A stretch of 64,000 nt of DNA from Candidatus Pacearchaeota archaeon (GCA_018303885.1 JAGVXG010000001.1:11746-75745); one strand, 5' to 3'; shown: positions 38,539 through 48,110, counted from the stretch's first letter. The notes: generated from the sequence alone by a model not told the origin. Translations and numbers: made by a program.

Positions 38539-38619
38539 CGCCCCAACCAGGACTCGAACCTGGATGCCTGTTAAGGCCGAGATTTCCAATCTCGCGCAGT
38601 ACCCTTGTGCCATTGGAGC
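38539..38619 (-). tRNA. tRNA-Ser(GGA)
   Basis: GCTCCAA/TTGGGGC-G; CGAGA-TT-GGA-AA-TCTCG; long variable arm GCCT-TAAC-AGGC. Confidence 0.95.
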
Positions 38620-38731
38620 TTACTACTAAATTAACTTAATGTCTTTTTAAAATTTTAGAATATAAGAATAAGTGCTCTTTCCCTCTTCGATTAAAAGTGG
38701 TCGGTGCGCTATAAAAGATCTTTTTTGTAAA

Positions 38732-39862
38732 TTAAACTCCAGAAGCTATAAATCCTGCAACCTTTGTGCCTGCCTCAACACATTCCCCAACATTATTTGC
38801 ACACCAATTGACTGCATTAGTAGTTAGCTTATCAAATAAATCTTGGGATAATTGATTTCCTCCAATTTGCTTATTATTCTCGGGGGTATATTTCCATCCA
38901 TCATATACTGTGGCAATAATCTTTGTCTCTGCATCAAATCTTGAATATTCATCGAACCTTGTAGTCTCCTTTGAAGTGGATTGACCTACATTAATTTTTC
39001 CAAAATCTAATAACTGATGCCCTATTATTTTAAAGTCGAAGTCTTCATCATTTTCCCTAGAATAAACTGTAACCAAAACAGAAGTATCTGTGCTATCCAA
39101 TGCTCTTTCATAATTACTATTTTTTAGATTTACATTACATACAAGATAACTACTTTGTAAAAAAGGCTTAGTTGCATCACATACCATAGAACCCGTAAAT
39201 CTTGGATTTGGCATATCAACTTCTGCAGTTATTAGATCATTTGAACTGATTGTTACCATATCTGCTGGTTTATTTGGGAATCTTTCAATACTAATTACAT
39301 AGTCTCCTGGCAAGACATCATTAAATTGAGCTTTTCCTTCATCTGTGGTTAAAATAGGATTAAAATTAGCTTTTCCATCTATTGATTTCAAGAAAACATT
39401 TTCATTGTCTATTGGTTTGTTGGTTTCAGAGTCTTTTAGTTCAAGGTTGATCGTTCTTGGCGCTATTATTTGGATAGTAATATTATTGTCCGATTCTGTA
39501 ACTTCTTTGGTTAGAACATCTGACTTCTCATTCTTATATTCTGCTCTTAAGTAATGTTTTCCAAATTCTAAACTTTCTATCATTAATTTTCCGTCACTTG
39601 ATGTTTTCCCAACAAGTTTCCCATCAAGATAAACTTCTGCACTTTCTAAATTCTTACCTGTAAGTTTATCAACAACCTTCACCTCATAATCAATCTCGTT
39701 GATGACTTTGACCTCTTTTGATAGATCCCCCTCTTTTCCTGTGTCTATTATTTTGTCAGAATTAACAACGTTCCCAGTAACAGAAGGTTTGGCAAATTGA
39801 TAAATTCCAATAATAATCAATACAGCAACTAATCCTATTATTACCAAATTTTTCTTATCCAT
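38732..39862 (-). CDS. Membrane-anchored PEGA/carboxypeptidase-regulatory-like surface protein
   Basis: TM, AEVYLDGKLVGKT and TTDEGKAQF..VLPGDY. Confidence 0.8.
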   Translation of the reverse strand: MDKKNLVIIGLVAVLIIIGIYQFAKPSVTGNVVNSDKIIDTGKEGDLSKEVKVINEIDYEVKVVDKLTGKNLESAEVYLDGKLVGKTSSDGKLMIESLEFGKHYLRAEYKNEKSDVLTKEVTESDNNITIQIIAPRTINLELKDSETNKPIDNENVFLKSIDGKANFNPILTTDEGKAQFNDVLPGDYVISIERFPNKPADMVTISSNDLITAEVDMPNPRFTGSMVCDATKPFLQSSYLVCNVNLKNSNYERALDSTDTSVLVTVYSRENDEDFDFKIIGHQLLDFGKINVGQSTSKETTRFDEYSRFDAETKIIATVYDGWKYTPENNKQIGGNQLSQDLFDKLTTNAVNWCANNVGECVEAGTKVAGFIASGV

Positions 39863-39970
39863 TCTATTTAGTTTGATGAGAAAGCCAAATTTTTAAACTT
39901 TTGTGTCCTGTGCCAATATACGAAAATTTTCTTTAACTCCCACCTATTTATATAATAAAGCCGTTTGGTT

Positions 39971-40303
39971 TTAAACAAAATAAAAAAGAATATAATTGAT
40001 ATCAATACCTAGGATTAATCCAGTAAGTAACCCTGTGAAAAATCTCAGTTGGTTGTTGCTCTTTCTCCATCCGAAAAATTGAGTTGCTGAGTCAAAATAG
40101 AAAGGGAGTGTAAATATGATGGTTAGGATAAATAACAATTTAATATCTAAATTATCAGATAATCTCGTGGTTAATGAAAACAAAAACCCCAATAAAATAA
40201 ATAAGTAAAGACCAAAGCATCTAGAACACAAAGCCATTGGTTTACCTTTAAACTTAAAACATCTCTCAGGATTCTGATGGCAAATCCAAAATGGCAATTT
40301 CAT
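39971..40303 (-). CDS. DUF2085 membrane protein
   Basis: CHQxPERC, LCSRCFGLY, DxxTQ and SNNxLRxxTG. Confidence 0.88.
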   Translation of the reverse strand: MKLPFWICHQNPERCFKFKGKPMALCSRCFGLYLFILLGFLFSLTTRLSDNLDIKLLFILTIIFTLPFYFDSATQFFGWRKSNNQLRFFTGLLTGLILGIDINYILFYFV

Positions 40304-40309
40304 CTTTTA

Positions 40310-40492
40310 TTAATTGTTGGCTAAGATAGCAATTAAGATTATTGTGACTATGACTGCAATTACAATACCTATACAACAACCAGCGCTACTTCCCATCCAA
40401 CTAAATAAACTATTGAAAAAACCGCCTCCCTTATAGACATGGGTTGCATGTTCTGTATGATGCGAATGTTGTACATGACCTTGCTTAGCCAT
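40310..40492 (-). CDS. His-rich tail-anchored microprotein
   Basis: HVQHSHHTEHATH...AGCC followed by a TM. Confidence 0.7.
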   Translation of the reverse strand: MAKQGHVQHSHHTEHATHVYKGGGFFNSLFSWMGSSAGCCIGIVIAVIVTIILIAILANN

Positions 40493-40618
40493 AATATTAA
40501 CCAGAAAAGTTTCTATATAAAACTTGCTAATTTTAAAAAGGGTGTCCCACCAAGAGCTGAATAAAAGTAATCGGTTATCTAATAAATCTAGCTCAGAGTA
40601 TCTATTTAAGATTTTTCA

Positions 40619-41113
40619 TTAATAAGGGAAGGGTGCTTTAACTAAGTCCACATATAAATTCTCTAGATTTGAGGTCATATATTCTGAGGGTAATTGATCA
40701 AAAAATTCTATGGTGAGATATCTAAAATGATTATATAATACTCCGGCAGGATAAAGGTAATAAGGATGTTTTCCTCTTGCTCCCGTAACCCTTGTATAAG
40801 TTAAGTGAGATAAATATTTGTTTATCTGAACATTCCAATAATCAATATTCTTAAGAGGATTTTTTACTTTCCAAGCAAGGATATAATGATCAGCGTGGGC
40901 AAGATCGTCATTACCTGATTTATAAAAAAACTCATAGAGAATTCTTATATGAACAAGAAAGGCTTCTAAATCTTTTCCTGTAACATCAAGTATTCTTGGA
41001 TCAGAAGGCCGAGGTTTAAAATAAGTTCTCCCCTCTATTAACATTTTTACTTCATGGCTGAAATGCCCATCTAAAAGTTTTTTCTTTGTCTCTTTTGTTA
41101 TTGGTTTTTTCAT
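40619..41113 (-). CDS. Hypothetical protein, possible HEPN-like
   Basis: EAFLVHIRILYEFF and NKYLSHLT..R pattern. Confidence 0.6.
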   Translation of the reverse strand: MKKPITKETKKKLLDGHFSHEVKMLIEGRTYFKPRPSDPRILDVTGKDLEAFLVHIRILYEFFYKSGNDDLAHADHYILAWKVKNPLKNIDYWNVQINKYLSHLTYTRVTGARGKHPYYLYPAGVLYNHFRYLTIEFFDQLPSEYMTSNLENLYVDLVKAPFPY

Positions 41114-41745
41114 CTTTCTTTAATCCACTCAATAAGGCTTTTAATTAATAAAATAATTCCTATCCAAAACAAGAAGAAAATAAACATATTCCCAATAGCA
41201 TCAAACCAGGTCATTTTTGAAATAAGAAGATAATTTACTTCTTTTCCCACCGTGATTTCTGTAGATATTGATGATATTATTTGGCCTTCTGGAACACTAA
41301 TATTTCTATAAGCAATATAATCCTTTATATCTGTAGTATTATATGTAAAATTTGAAAGAACAATGTTATAAGATTCATCAAATCTTATGGTTTTTACAAA
41401 TTCTCTATCCCCCCGAATAATACTTCTTGTTTCATTGTCAATTTGATATGTGAGAATATTTGGATAAACCAAATAACAAGCGGGGTTTTCTTTAAGGCTA
41501 AAACTTAAATAGAGATTATAATACTTTAAATCAAATGGTGACGTAACTTTTTTAATTGTATTAAATAATGTTGGCTTATCGAAAATTCCTTCTCTAGAAC
41601 TTATAGTCAAATTACAACAATCATATTCTCCATAATCTAAAATTTTTTGATTTAAGAAAGGAGCATACAGTAAAAAAGAAATAACGGCAATAAACATCAT
41701 TATAAAAACTTTGGTAATCTTTTTCATAAGTTTTACAATCATCAC
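41110..41745 (-). CDS. Hypothetical membrane protein
   Basis: N- and C-terminal TMs; AT-rich. Confidence 0.65.
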   Translation of the reverse strand: MMIVKLMKKITKVFIMMFIAVISFLLYAPFLNQKILDYGEYDCCNLTISSREGIFDKPTLFNTIKKVTSPFDLKYYNLYLSFSLKENPACYLVYPNILTYQIDNETRSIIRGDREFVKTIRFDESYNIVLSNFTYNTTDIKDYIAYRNISVPEGQIISSISTEITVGKEVNYLLISKMTWFDAIGNMFIFFLFWIGIILLIKSLIEWIKER

Positions 41746-41829
41746 GTAATTTTATAGTTTTCCGTGTCTTAGTGCTATAAGAGGAAATTGCATAAAATAC
41801 TTAAAATATGCAACAAGTCTATTGAAATC

Positions 41830-42633
41830 ATGAGCCTCTCAAATTTAAAAGAGAAGATCAATAAAATTCCTATTGAAAAGAGAATTTTGATATCAGAAAT
41901 CCTTTTTGTTTTTTCTATTCTTTTTGTTTATTTAGGAATCTTTGGGCTGATCTTCTCAAACTTTGCCCAATCTCCAACACTATTTTCTTTTTTGTACATT
42001 TTACTTCCATTATTCTTTTTGCTATATGTTTTATTTTATCCTAATCTATTCGAAAAGATTACTTATGACCTTAAAAAACTAGGCGAAAACCTGGGCAAAA
42101 TCGATGAAACAAAAATCTTCTACCGATCTCTGATTAGAGATTTAAATAAAATTGCACGGAAAAGAGGAGAAGGCTACACTAAAAAATTTTATCGTATATT
42201 TAAAGATTATTTTTCGAATGTAATGTTTTACTTAATTTTTTCAAAAAGAGATAATGTTAGAGAATTAATTAAAGAATCTTTATCAAAACTTTCTAATTCG
42301 AGAGACATTCACGACTTACATGACGGCTTTATAGAGATGAATAAGAAGATAGTCCAATTAAAAGAATTCAAGAATTTATTAATTGCATTCCCTCCGATAG
42401 AGAGAAAAAACTTACATAACCCTTTTTTATGGATTTCTAAAATATCGAATGAAAGAAGTCTCAAAGAAAGAGGGGCGCTGAGAAGAGCTTATATTTATCT
42501 TGAAGAGATAGGAGCTATAAAGCTGGCCTTAAAAGCATTGATTATTTTATTGATCACAACTATTTCTGGCTTAGTTTTGAGTCATTTTGGCTTATTGGAC
42601 TGGGCTAAGCTGTTAATAGGGTCAATTCCATAA
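41830..42633 (+). CDS. Hypothetical membrane protein
   Basis: Two N-terminal TMs and one C-terminal TM; ATG lies about 22 nt after a TATA. Confidence 0.7.
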   Translation: MSLSNLKEKINKIPIEKRILISEILFVFSILFVYLGIFGLIFSNFAQSPTLFSFLYILLPLFFLLYVLFYPNLFEKITYDLKKLGENLGKIDETKIFYRSLIRDLNKIARKRGEGYTKKFYRIFKDYFSNVMFYLIFSKRDNVRELIKESLSKLSNSRDIHDLHDGFIEMNKKIVQLKEFKNLLIAFPPIERKNLHNPFLWISKISNERSLKERGALRRAYIYLEEIGAIKLALKALIILLITTISGLVLSHFGLLDWAKLLIGSIP

Positions 42634-42649
42634 AGTCTTAAACAAAGGA

Positions 42650-42817
42650 TTATCTCTTAAAACTGAACCATATAGCAAAAATGCCGAGGGCAATTATTCC
42701 AAGCCGTATTAGTCCATGATCATTTACACCAAAAATGTATCCAATAGGCAATGAACCGATAAAGAGAGCAAAGATTAAACATCCAAGTCCAAACATAAAG
42801 GCAGGAAAATTTCTCAT
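42650..42817 (-). CDS. 55-aa two-TM microprotein (not in ORF track)
   Basis: MRNFPAFMFGLGCLIFALFIGSLPIGYIFGVNDHGLIRLGIIALGIFAIWFSFKR*; TATA about 22 nt upstream. Confidence 0.6.
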   Translation of the reverse strand: MRNFPAFMFGLGCLIFALFIGSLPIGYIFGVNDHGLIRLGIIALGIFAIWFSFKR

Positions 42818-42880
42818 ATTTTCTACTAATCACTCTAATTTTTAAGCCTTTCTAAAAAGAGTTTTCTCTCGGAGATAGTA

Positions 42881-43012
42881 TGCGCTGTCCGAGAATCGAA
42901 CTCGGGTCACCTCGTCTTTGCGTTTACACCAAATTATTAAAGGAGATGGTGCGGAAGAACCTTTGGTTCTTCTGCGTGGCAACGAGATATTCTACCATTA
43001 AACCAACAGCGC
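42881..43012 (-). tRNA. tRNA-Gly(GCC) with 61-nt intron (42916-42976)
   Basis: GCGCTGT/ACAGCGC-A; TCTCG-TT-GCC-A|intron|A-CGAGG; BHB central helix TTGC/GCAA. Confidence 0.92.
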
Positions 43013-43135
43013 GCAGAATCAGAGGCTCTAAGCTCTGAATCTTATTTTATCAAAGTTTTATAGTGTTTTTAAAATTTTAGAAAGCAGAAAGATAGTTCAA
43101 AACTCCTGCAAAACTAACCCAAAGCAAATAAGGAA

Positions 43136-43480
43136 TCAAGAGATAGGACCAATTTTTATTTTACTTATCTCTTTCTTAAGTTTTTGTAAATCTATTTCTA
43201 TTATATTCCAAATCCTATCCATGCTTACCCCAAAATAAGCATGACTTAGTATATCTCTAAACCCAGCAATTTTTCTCCAAGGGATTTTTGGGTACCTTTT
43301 TCTGAATGAATCCGGGATGTTTTTCGTAGCCTCTCCAATTATTTCCAGACTTCTTATTACGGCATTTTGTTTAAGTTTATCGTTTTCAAATTTTTCTTTA
43401 TTTAATCCTTTAGAAAAGGATTCTATATCCTTTATATTCTCCAGGATATCTTGAATGAATAAATTAATATCTCTTTTCAT
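43136..43480 (-). CDS. HepT/DUF86 HEPN ribonuclease toxin
   Basis: AVIRSLEIIGEA, IPW and RDILSHAY (Rx4H-Y). Confidence 0.92.
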   Translation of the reverse strand: MKRDINLFIQDILENIKDIESFSKGLNKEKFENDKLKQNAVIRSLEIIGEATKNIPDSFRKRYPKIPWRKIAGFRDILSHAYFGVSMDRIWNIIEIDLQKLKKEISKIKIGPIS

Positions 43481-43947
43481 ATTATCTTTATTTCCTCATT
43501 TAAAATACGATTTTTTATTAATGGCTTAATCACAGAGTATTCTACTAAGTCTACTTTTTTTCCCAGAACATCTTCTAATTTTAGCTTTAGTTCAATAAAT
43601 CCAAGCAAGCTCATGTTTTTATCATTAATTTCAACAGCTATATCAATATCACTATTCTTTTTCTGTTCTCCTTTTGAATAACTACCAAAAATTCCGGCCC
43701 TGCTGACTTTATTTTTTTTTAAAATCGCTATTATTTTAAATTTAATACTTTCTATTTCTTTGTTTGGTATTATCTTTTCTGACGACATTTTTTTATCGGC
43801 ATCTTTTTCTTTTTTTGTAACCTCTGAGCTTGATAATCCTTTTCCAAGATATATCCTCTTTTTTGAAACTTTATTTCCATTTCTTATGGAGATTACCCTA
43901 TAGTAATACTGTCTACCATTAATGTTTCTAATTTCTGTAAATGCCAT
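43477..43947 (-). CDS. MntA-like nucleotidyltransferase antitoxin with N-terminal extra domain
   Basis: FGSY..GE...SDIDI and KVDLV; ATGA overlap with the HEPN gene. Confidence 0.9.
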   Translation of the reverse strand: MAFTEIRNINGRQYYYRVISIRNGNKVSKKRIYLGKGLSSSEVTKKEKDADKKMSSEKIIPNKEIESIKFKIIAILKKNKVSRAGIFGSYSKGEQKKNSDIDIAVEINDKNMSLLGFIELKLKLEDVLGKKVDLVEYSVIKPLIKNRILNEEIKII

Positions 43948-43957
43948 ATCTTATTTA

Positions 43958-43993
43958 TGTCTACAATATTTATAAATCTTTCTTATGTAGACA
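43958..43993. promoter_or_regulatory. Inverted repeat TGTCTACA-N20-TGTAGACA flanking the TA promoter TATA
   Basis: The arms bracket TTTATAAA (43969-43976), upstream of the ATG at 43947. Confidence 0.6.
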
Positions 43994-44108
43994 CAAAAGA
44001 AAAATGAGCCCGCAGCAGAACCGAGCTGGTGAATACTAGGTATAAACAAATAGACCAAAAAGGCTACTTTTCTAACAAGCTATTTATTTATACTAGTTTT
44101 AGTCACAT

Positions 44109-44267
44109 TTATCTTTTCTTTTTCTTGAACTTAATCAAATCTTTCTTTGAATTAAAGACTCCAGAATCTAGGAACTCAATGGGCCTTTCTTTTCCGTTCT
44201 TATAAGTTGCTTTTACCTTTCCGCTTCTGAAAATTCCAAGTTTCCTTAATATATCTACAAATTTCAT
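44109..44267 (-). CDS. 52-aa basic microprotein (not in ORF track)
   Basis: MKFVDILRKLGIFRSGKVKATYKNGKERPIEFLDSGVFNSKKDLIKFKKKKR*, with SD AGGGGGT. Confidence 0.65.
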   Translation of the reverse strand: MKFVDILRKLGIFRSGKVKATYKNGKERPIEFLDSGVFNSKKDLIKFKKKKR

Positions 44268-44341
44268 TTTACCCCCTTTCTATATCTTTTCAAATGGCCC
44301 AGACTGAAATAAATTTCGTCAAGTCCATTAATTTTAGTTAA

Positions 44342-44412
44342 TGGCCCGTGAAGGAATCGGACCTTCGCTTCCTCGGTGTAAACGAGGTGTTCTGCCATTA
44401 GACTAACGGGCC
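44342..44412 (-). tRNA. tRNA-Val(TAC)
   Basis: GGCCCGT/ACGGGCC-A; CCTCG-TT-TAC-AC-CGAGG; T-loop reads TCCGATT. Confidence 0.9.
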
Positions 44413-44494
44413 TTTATTAAAATTCATACTGGAACAGGGCTTTTAAGTTTTACGACTTCGCAAGTTTTATAAGCACCAGAAATTAATTCTCATT

Positions 44495-46372
44495 ATGAAA
44501 TCAGATAAGAAATCTCGTTCTAGCGATTCAGATTCAAGAAAGGAAGAAGAACACGACGAAGAACCAGAAATTCAGGAAATTCCGGGAATGGAGCTTGACA
44601 GCAAATATACGTCAAAAAAACCGGTAATACCTGAAAACTCCAATGAGGTTCAGAAAGAACTAGAAAAAGCAAAAAAAGAACTTGAGAAATTAAAAGCATT
44701 CATAGTAAAAAAATACCCCTTTACACAAGCCTTAGGAATCCTTTCTCCTCAGGCAAACAGATTTTTTATTGAAGATGAACTTGGGGAAGGCATTGCAAAA
44801 GAGCAGGCAGAAAGTCTGGAAAAAAAGATTCATCTCTACATGATTATTCCCGAGGAAAAATTCAAGGAAATTCCAAAGATAAAAAAAGAAATTGTTGAAG
44901 AAGTTGCCAGGACAAAACAAAATGTCTGGGTTTATATTAAGACTCCGGTTGACATTTGGGAATCTTGCTTAGACAGTAAATTTGACCTAGTGAATTTTAT
45001 TGCGCTTTCATTTCCGTTACACGATACAGGTATTTTGGCTTCGCTGAGAGTTGCGGCAATTCATAAATCTCTTGTTTTACAGAAATTTGACAAGTATATT
45101 GTCTCTTATGTAATTGCTGGGAGTTTGGTACGCGGTGATGTGACCAAAGAGTCTGATGTTGATGCTTTCGTGATTATTAATGATACAGATGTCAAGAGAA
45201 TGCCAAGACTTGAACTAAAAGAAAGGCTTAGGAGCATGATTCTTGAATATATTTCACAAGCAACCGCGCTTGCAGGGGCTAAAAAAAATGTCCTAAATGT
45301 TCAGGTTTATCTTCTTACTGATTTTTGGGAGTCTGTCAAAGATGCTCATCCTGTTATTTTCACATTTATTCGTGACGGTGTTCCTCTTTACGATCGAGGC
45401 ACGTTCCTGCCATGGAAAGCTCTTCTTAAGATGGGGCGTTTGAAGCCAAGCCCTGAGGCAATAGATATGTTCATGTCCATGGGAGACAAGACAGTAAAGA
45501 GAGCTAAAGCCACGCTTCTTGATATTCTTGTACATGATGTTTATTGGGGCGTTATGACGCCTTCACAGGCGCTACTGATGTTATATGGACTCCCACCGCC
45601 GACGCCAAAGCATACAGTAAGTGAAATGAAGAGAATTTTTGTCGACAAGGAAAAAATGCTGGAGAAAAAATATATTGCTATTCTTGAAAAAATTGTCGGT
45701 ATTTACAAGGATTTTGAACACGAGAAAATAAAGGAAATAAAAGGAGCAGAACTCGATGACTTGCTTCAGGGAACAGAAGATTATCTGGAAAGACTAAAGG
45801 AACTGAGAAAACAGATAGAAAAACGCGGGCAAGAAAAAACAATAGAACAGATTCACAAAGACGTATTTACTCTTTTAGAAGCCATACTCGGTAAAAAACC
45901 CCAATCACAATTAATATCTGAATTTGAAAATAACCTTGTTAAAAAAGGAAAGTTCACTCATCAGCATTTAAGGATTTTGAATGAATTGGTTAGCTCGAGG
46001 GCAGACTTCAAGAAAGGCAAGCTAAGCAGTCATAAGGTTGATGACGCAAGGAAAAATGCAACGATTCTTATCAATGACTTAATAGAATATTCCCAGAGAA
46101 GCGATTTGGTTTCGATGGAAAGAGGCAGAATGAGGCTCAGATACAAGAAAGCAGGAAAGGAAATGATTGCAGAGCTTCTGCATTGCAATGGGATTTCTTT
46201 CTTGTTTAGCGAAAACACAGTGAAAAAAATTACAGATAAAATTGAAGACTCTGGAATGAAAGAAGTTTCAGAATGCGTCGAGACCCAGAAGTCAAAAAAA
46301 GGCATCGAGATAAAGCCAAAAGTTTTCGAGCTGATAAAAAAAGAACTCGGCGATTTCGAGATAATTCTTTAA
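44495..46372 (+). CDS. Large Pol-beta-like nucleotidyltransferase domain protein with HEPN-like helical region
   Basis: GSLVRG...SDVDAFVIIND, GVPLYD and SQALLMLYGLPPPTP. Confidence 0.85.
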   Translation: MKSDKKSRSSDSDSRKEEEHDEEPEIQEIPGMELDSKYTSKKPVIPENSNEVQKELEKAKKELEKLKAFIVKKYPFTQALGILSPQANRFFIEDELGEGIAKEQAESLEKKIHLYMIIPEEKFKEIPKIKKEIVEEVARTKQNVWVYIKTPVDIWESCLDSKFDLVNFIALSFPLHDTGILASLRVAAIHKSLVLQKFDKYIVSYVIAGSLVRGDVTKESDVDAFVIINDTDVKRMPRLELKERLRSMILEYISQATALAGAKKNVLNVQVYLLTDFWESVKDAHPVIFTFIRDGVPLYDRGTFLPWKALLKMGRLKPSPEAIDMFMSMGDKTVKRAKATLLDILVHDVYWGVMTPSQALLMLYGLPPPTPKHTVSEMKRIFVDKEKMLEKKYIAILEKIVGIYKDFEHEKIKEIKGAELDDLLQGTEDYLERLKELRKQIEKRGQEKTIEQIHKDVFTLLEAILGKKPQSQLISEFENNLVKKGKFTHQHLRILNELVSSRADFKKGKLSSHKVDDARKNATILINDLIEYSQRSDLVSMERGRMRLRYKKAGKEMIAELLHCNGISFLFSENTVKKITDKIEDSGMKEVSECVETQKSKKGIEIKPKVFELIKKELGDFEIIL

Positions 46373-46519
46373 GCTAAGAAGATGTGTTTTTTACTAATTT
46401 TTTAATAACTTCTTATCATAAAGACTCTTGTTATTTATCCAAAAAGATTAAAAAGTCATATTTTTTAGTATTTTAGAGGTGATGGTAAGAGAATCGCCTT
46501 AGAATTCTAAAATGTAAAA

Positions 46520-47128
46520 ATGGCAAAACAAGGGTTAGACAAAATAATTATAGGTCCTGCAATATGGCCCGGTAAAAAATTACAAGTTCAACCAGGAGAC
46601 TTGTCTAAATTTGCTCCTTATGGAAATGGTGTTTATGGCTATCAAAAAAATTCTCTTGAACCTATTAGGGGCGACCCCCCACAAGAAGAAACTGGTGGCC
46701 TTATTTATTTTGGTAATGAGGCTAGAAAAGAAGATTTTGAAGGATTTTTAAGAATGATGAATGTAAGAGCAGAAGATAAAGATTATGTAGCTTTTGTTCA
46801 AGAGTCTTCTAATCCTATCGAAGATAGATATTTTAAACAAATGAGAATAATGTCTAAATTTGGGCTTAGATTCATGTTTGGAGCTATTGATGATAGAGAA
46901 TATGACACTTTCAAAGAACAAGAATTGTCAATAGGAGAAGCATTATGGGCCTTTATGAATGCTGAAAAAAGAAGGTTTGGAACATCATTTGGAGATTCAA
47001 GAATAGACGGTAAAATGGGTGGAGACGGAGATTATGCAGTAGAAGAACTTAGTTTTGGGTTTATGCTTGAAAATGAATATAATCAAGTTTATCGCATTTG
47101 GAGCAGAGCCTGGTTAGTTACTAAATAA
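46520..47128 (+). CDS. Hypothetical protein
   Basis: 202-aa ORF. Confidence 0.75.
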   Translation: MAKQGLDKIIIGPAIWPGKKLQVQPGDLSKFAPYGNGVYGYQKNSLEPIRGDPPQEETGGLIYFGNEARKEDFEGFLRMMNVRAEDKDYVAFVQESSNPIEDRYFKQMRIMSKFGLRFMFGAIDDREYDTFKEQELSIGEALWAFMNAEKRRFGTSFGDSRIDGKMGGDGDYAVEELSFGFMLENEYNQVYRIWSRAWLVTK

Positions 47129-47176
47129 GCAATATTAAAAAAATTATTAATTTTCTTACCAAGCATATCCGCGTGT

Positions 47177-47617
47177 TTAAACTATAAAGAATATAATAAA
47201 TAAAATTAAGGTTAAAGCAAACTCGGCTTTAGAAAAATACTTTACTGGGCCTTTAATATTTATTTCTTTTATTGGATAAAATGGATAAAAATCTGAATTA
47301 TCTAGTACGTCTAGCAATAAATGGCTTAAATATCCTAAAGAAAACACGATTCCAATTCTTTGGTCAAATAAGAATACTATTAAACTAACCAAGATAAAAC
47401 CAAAAATAGAATGAAGATAGTTTCTTTGACTACCATACGGGTCTTTTGGATTTGTTATAGTCTCCCAAAATTTTTTCAAGTTAAATATAACTTTGTGCTT
47501 TATGTATGGAACCAGATGATCGATATCTACAAATAAAGCGGCTATTAATGCTACAAGATAATTTTGTGTTAATTTTCCTATTATCAAACCCGCGGCTAAA
47601 TGAGCTAATAAGAACAT
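47177..47617 (-). CDS. Membrane metal-dependent hydrolase (YdjM/DUF457-like)
   Basis: AH, DIDH, RxxLHS, SHLLLD and PFYP. Confidence 0.85.
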   Translation of the reverse strand: MFLLAHLAAGLIIGKLTQNYLVALIAALFVDIDHLVPYIKHKVIFNLKKFWETITNPKDPYGSQRNYLHSIFGFILVSLIVFLFDQRIGIVFSLGYLSHLLLDVLDNSDFYPFYPIKEINIKGPVKYFSKAEFALTLILFIIFFIV

Positions 47618-47855
47618 AAATGTCTAATTGATTTTAATTTGATATACTTTTCTGTTATTAATGATAATATCTACCGAACACTAGTGAGTTGTAATAAATG
47701 AATTATTGACTTGCTTAATTGTCCCAATTTAATAAAATGTCCTAATAGCAATCTTTTTAAAAGTATTTTTGCAGTAGATTATATACTAAAAGCAAACCAA
47801 AGAAAATGAAGACAAAAAATAAAGTTTTAGCTCATTCGTCTTTAGGAAAAGCCAA

Positions 47856-48110
47856 ATGAAAGGAAAAGTTGTACAATTTCGTCGCGGTCGTAAAACAGTC
47901 CATGAAAGGCACTTCTTGCTAGATTTCGGAGCAAAAAACAGAATCGAAGCACAGAAGTTCGTCGGCAAAGAAGTTACTTGGACCTCACCAGCAGGAAAAG
48001 CCATAAGAGGAAAAGTTTCTGGAGCACATGGAAATAAAGGTCTTGTCCGCGCTATTTTCGAAATCGGGCTTCCAGGCCAGGCAATAACGACGGAAGTGGA
48101 GATAAAATGA
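47856..48110 (+). CDS. rpl35ae: 50S ribosomal protein L35Ae (eL33)
   Basis: FRRG, GKxVxW, HGNKGLVRAIF and GLPGQA. Confidence 0.93.
   Translation: MKGKVVQFRRGRKTVHERHFLLDFGAKNRIEAQKFVGKEVTWTSPAGKAIRGKVSGAHGNKGLVRAIFEIGLPGQAITTEVEIK

Noticed and set aside
44004-44030. Possible degenerate tRNA 3' remnant (TGAGCCCGCAGCAGAACCGAGCTG) and an 8-bp AATGGCCC copy at 44293
   Set aside because: Too short or too diverged from tRNA-Val to distinguish from chance.
46476-46503. Fluoride riboswitch-like GGTGATGG...TCGCC hairpin
   Set aside because: The downstream conserved TGATG/TAATGAC pseudoknot segment is missing and the next gene is not fluoride-related.
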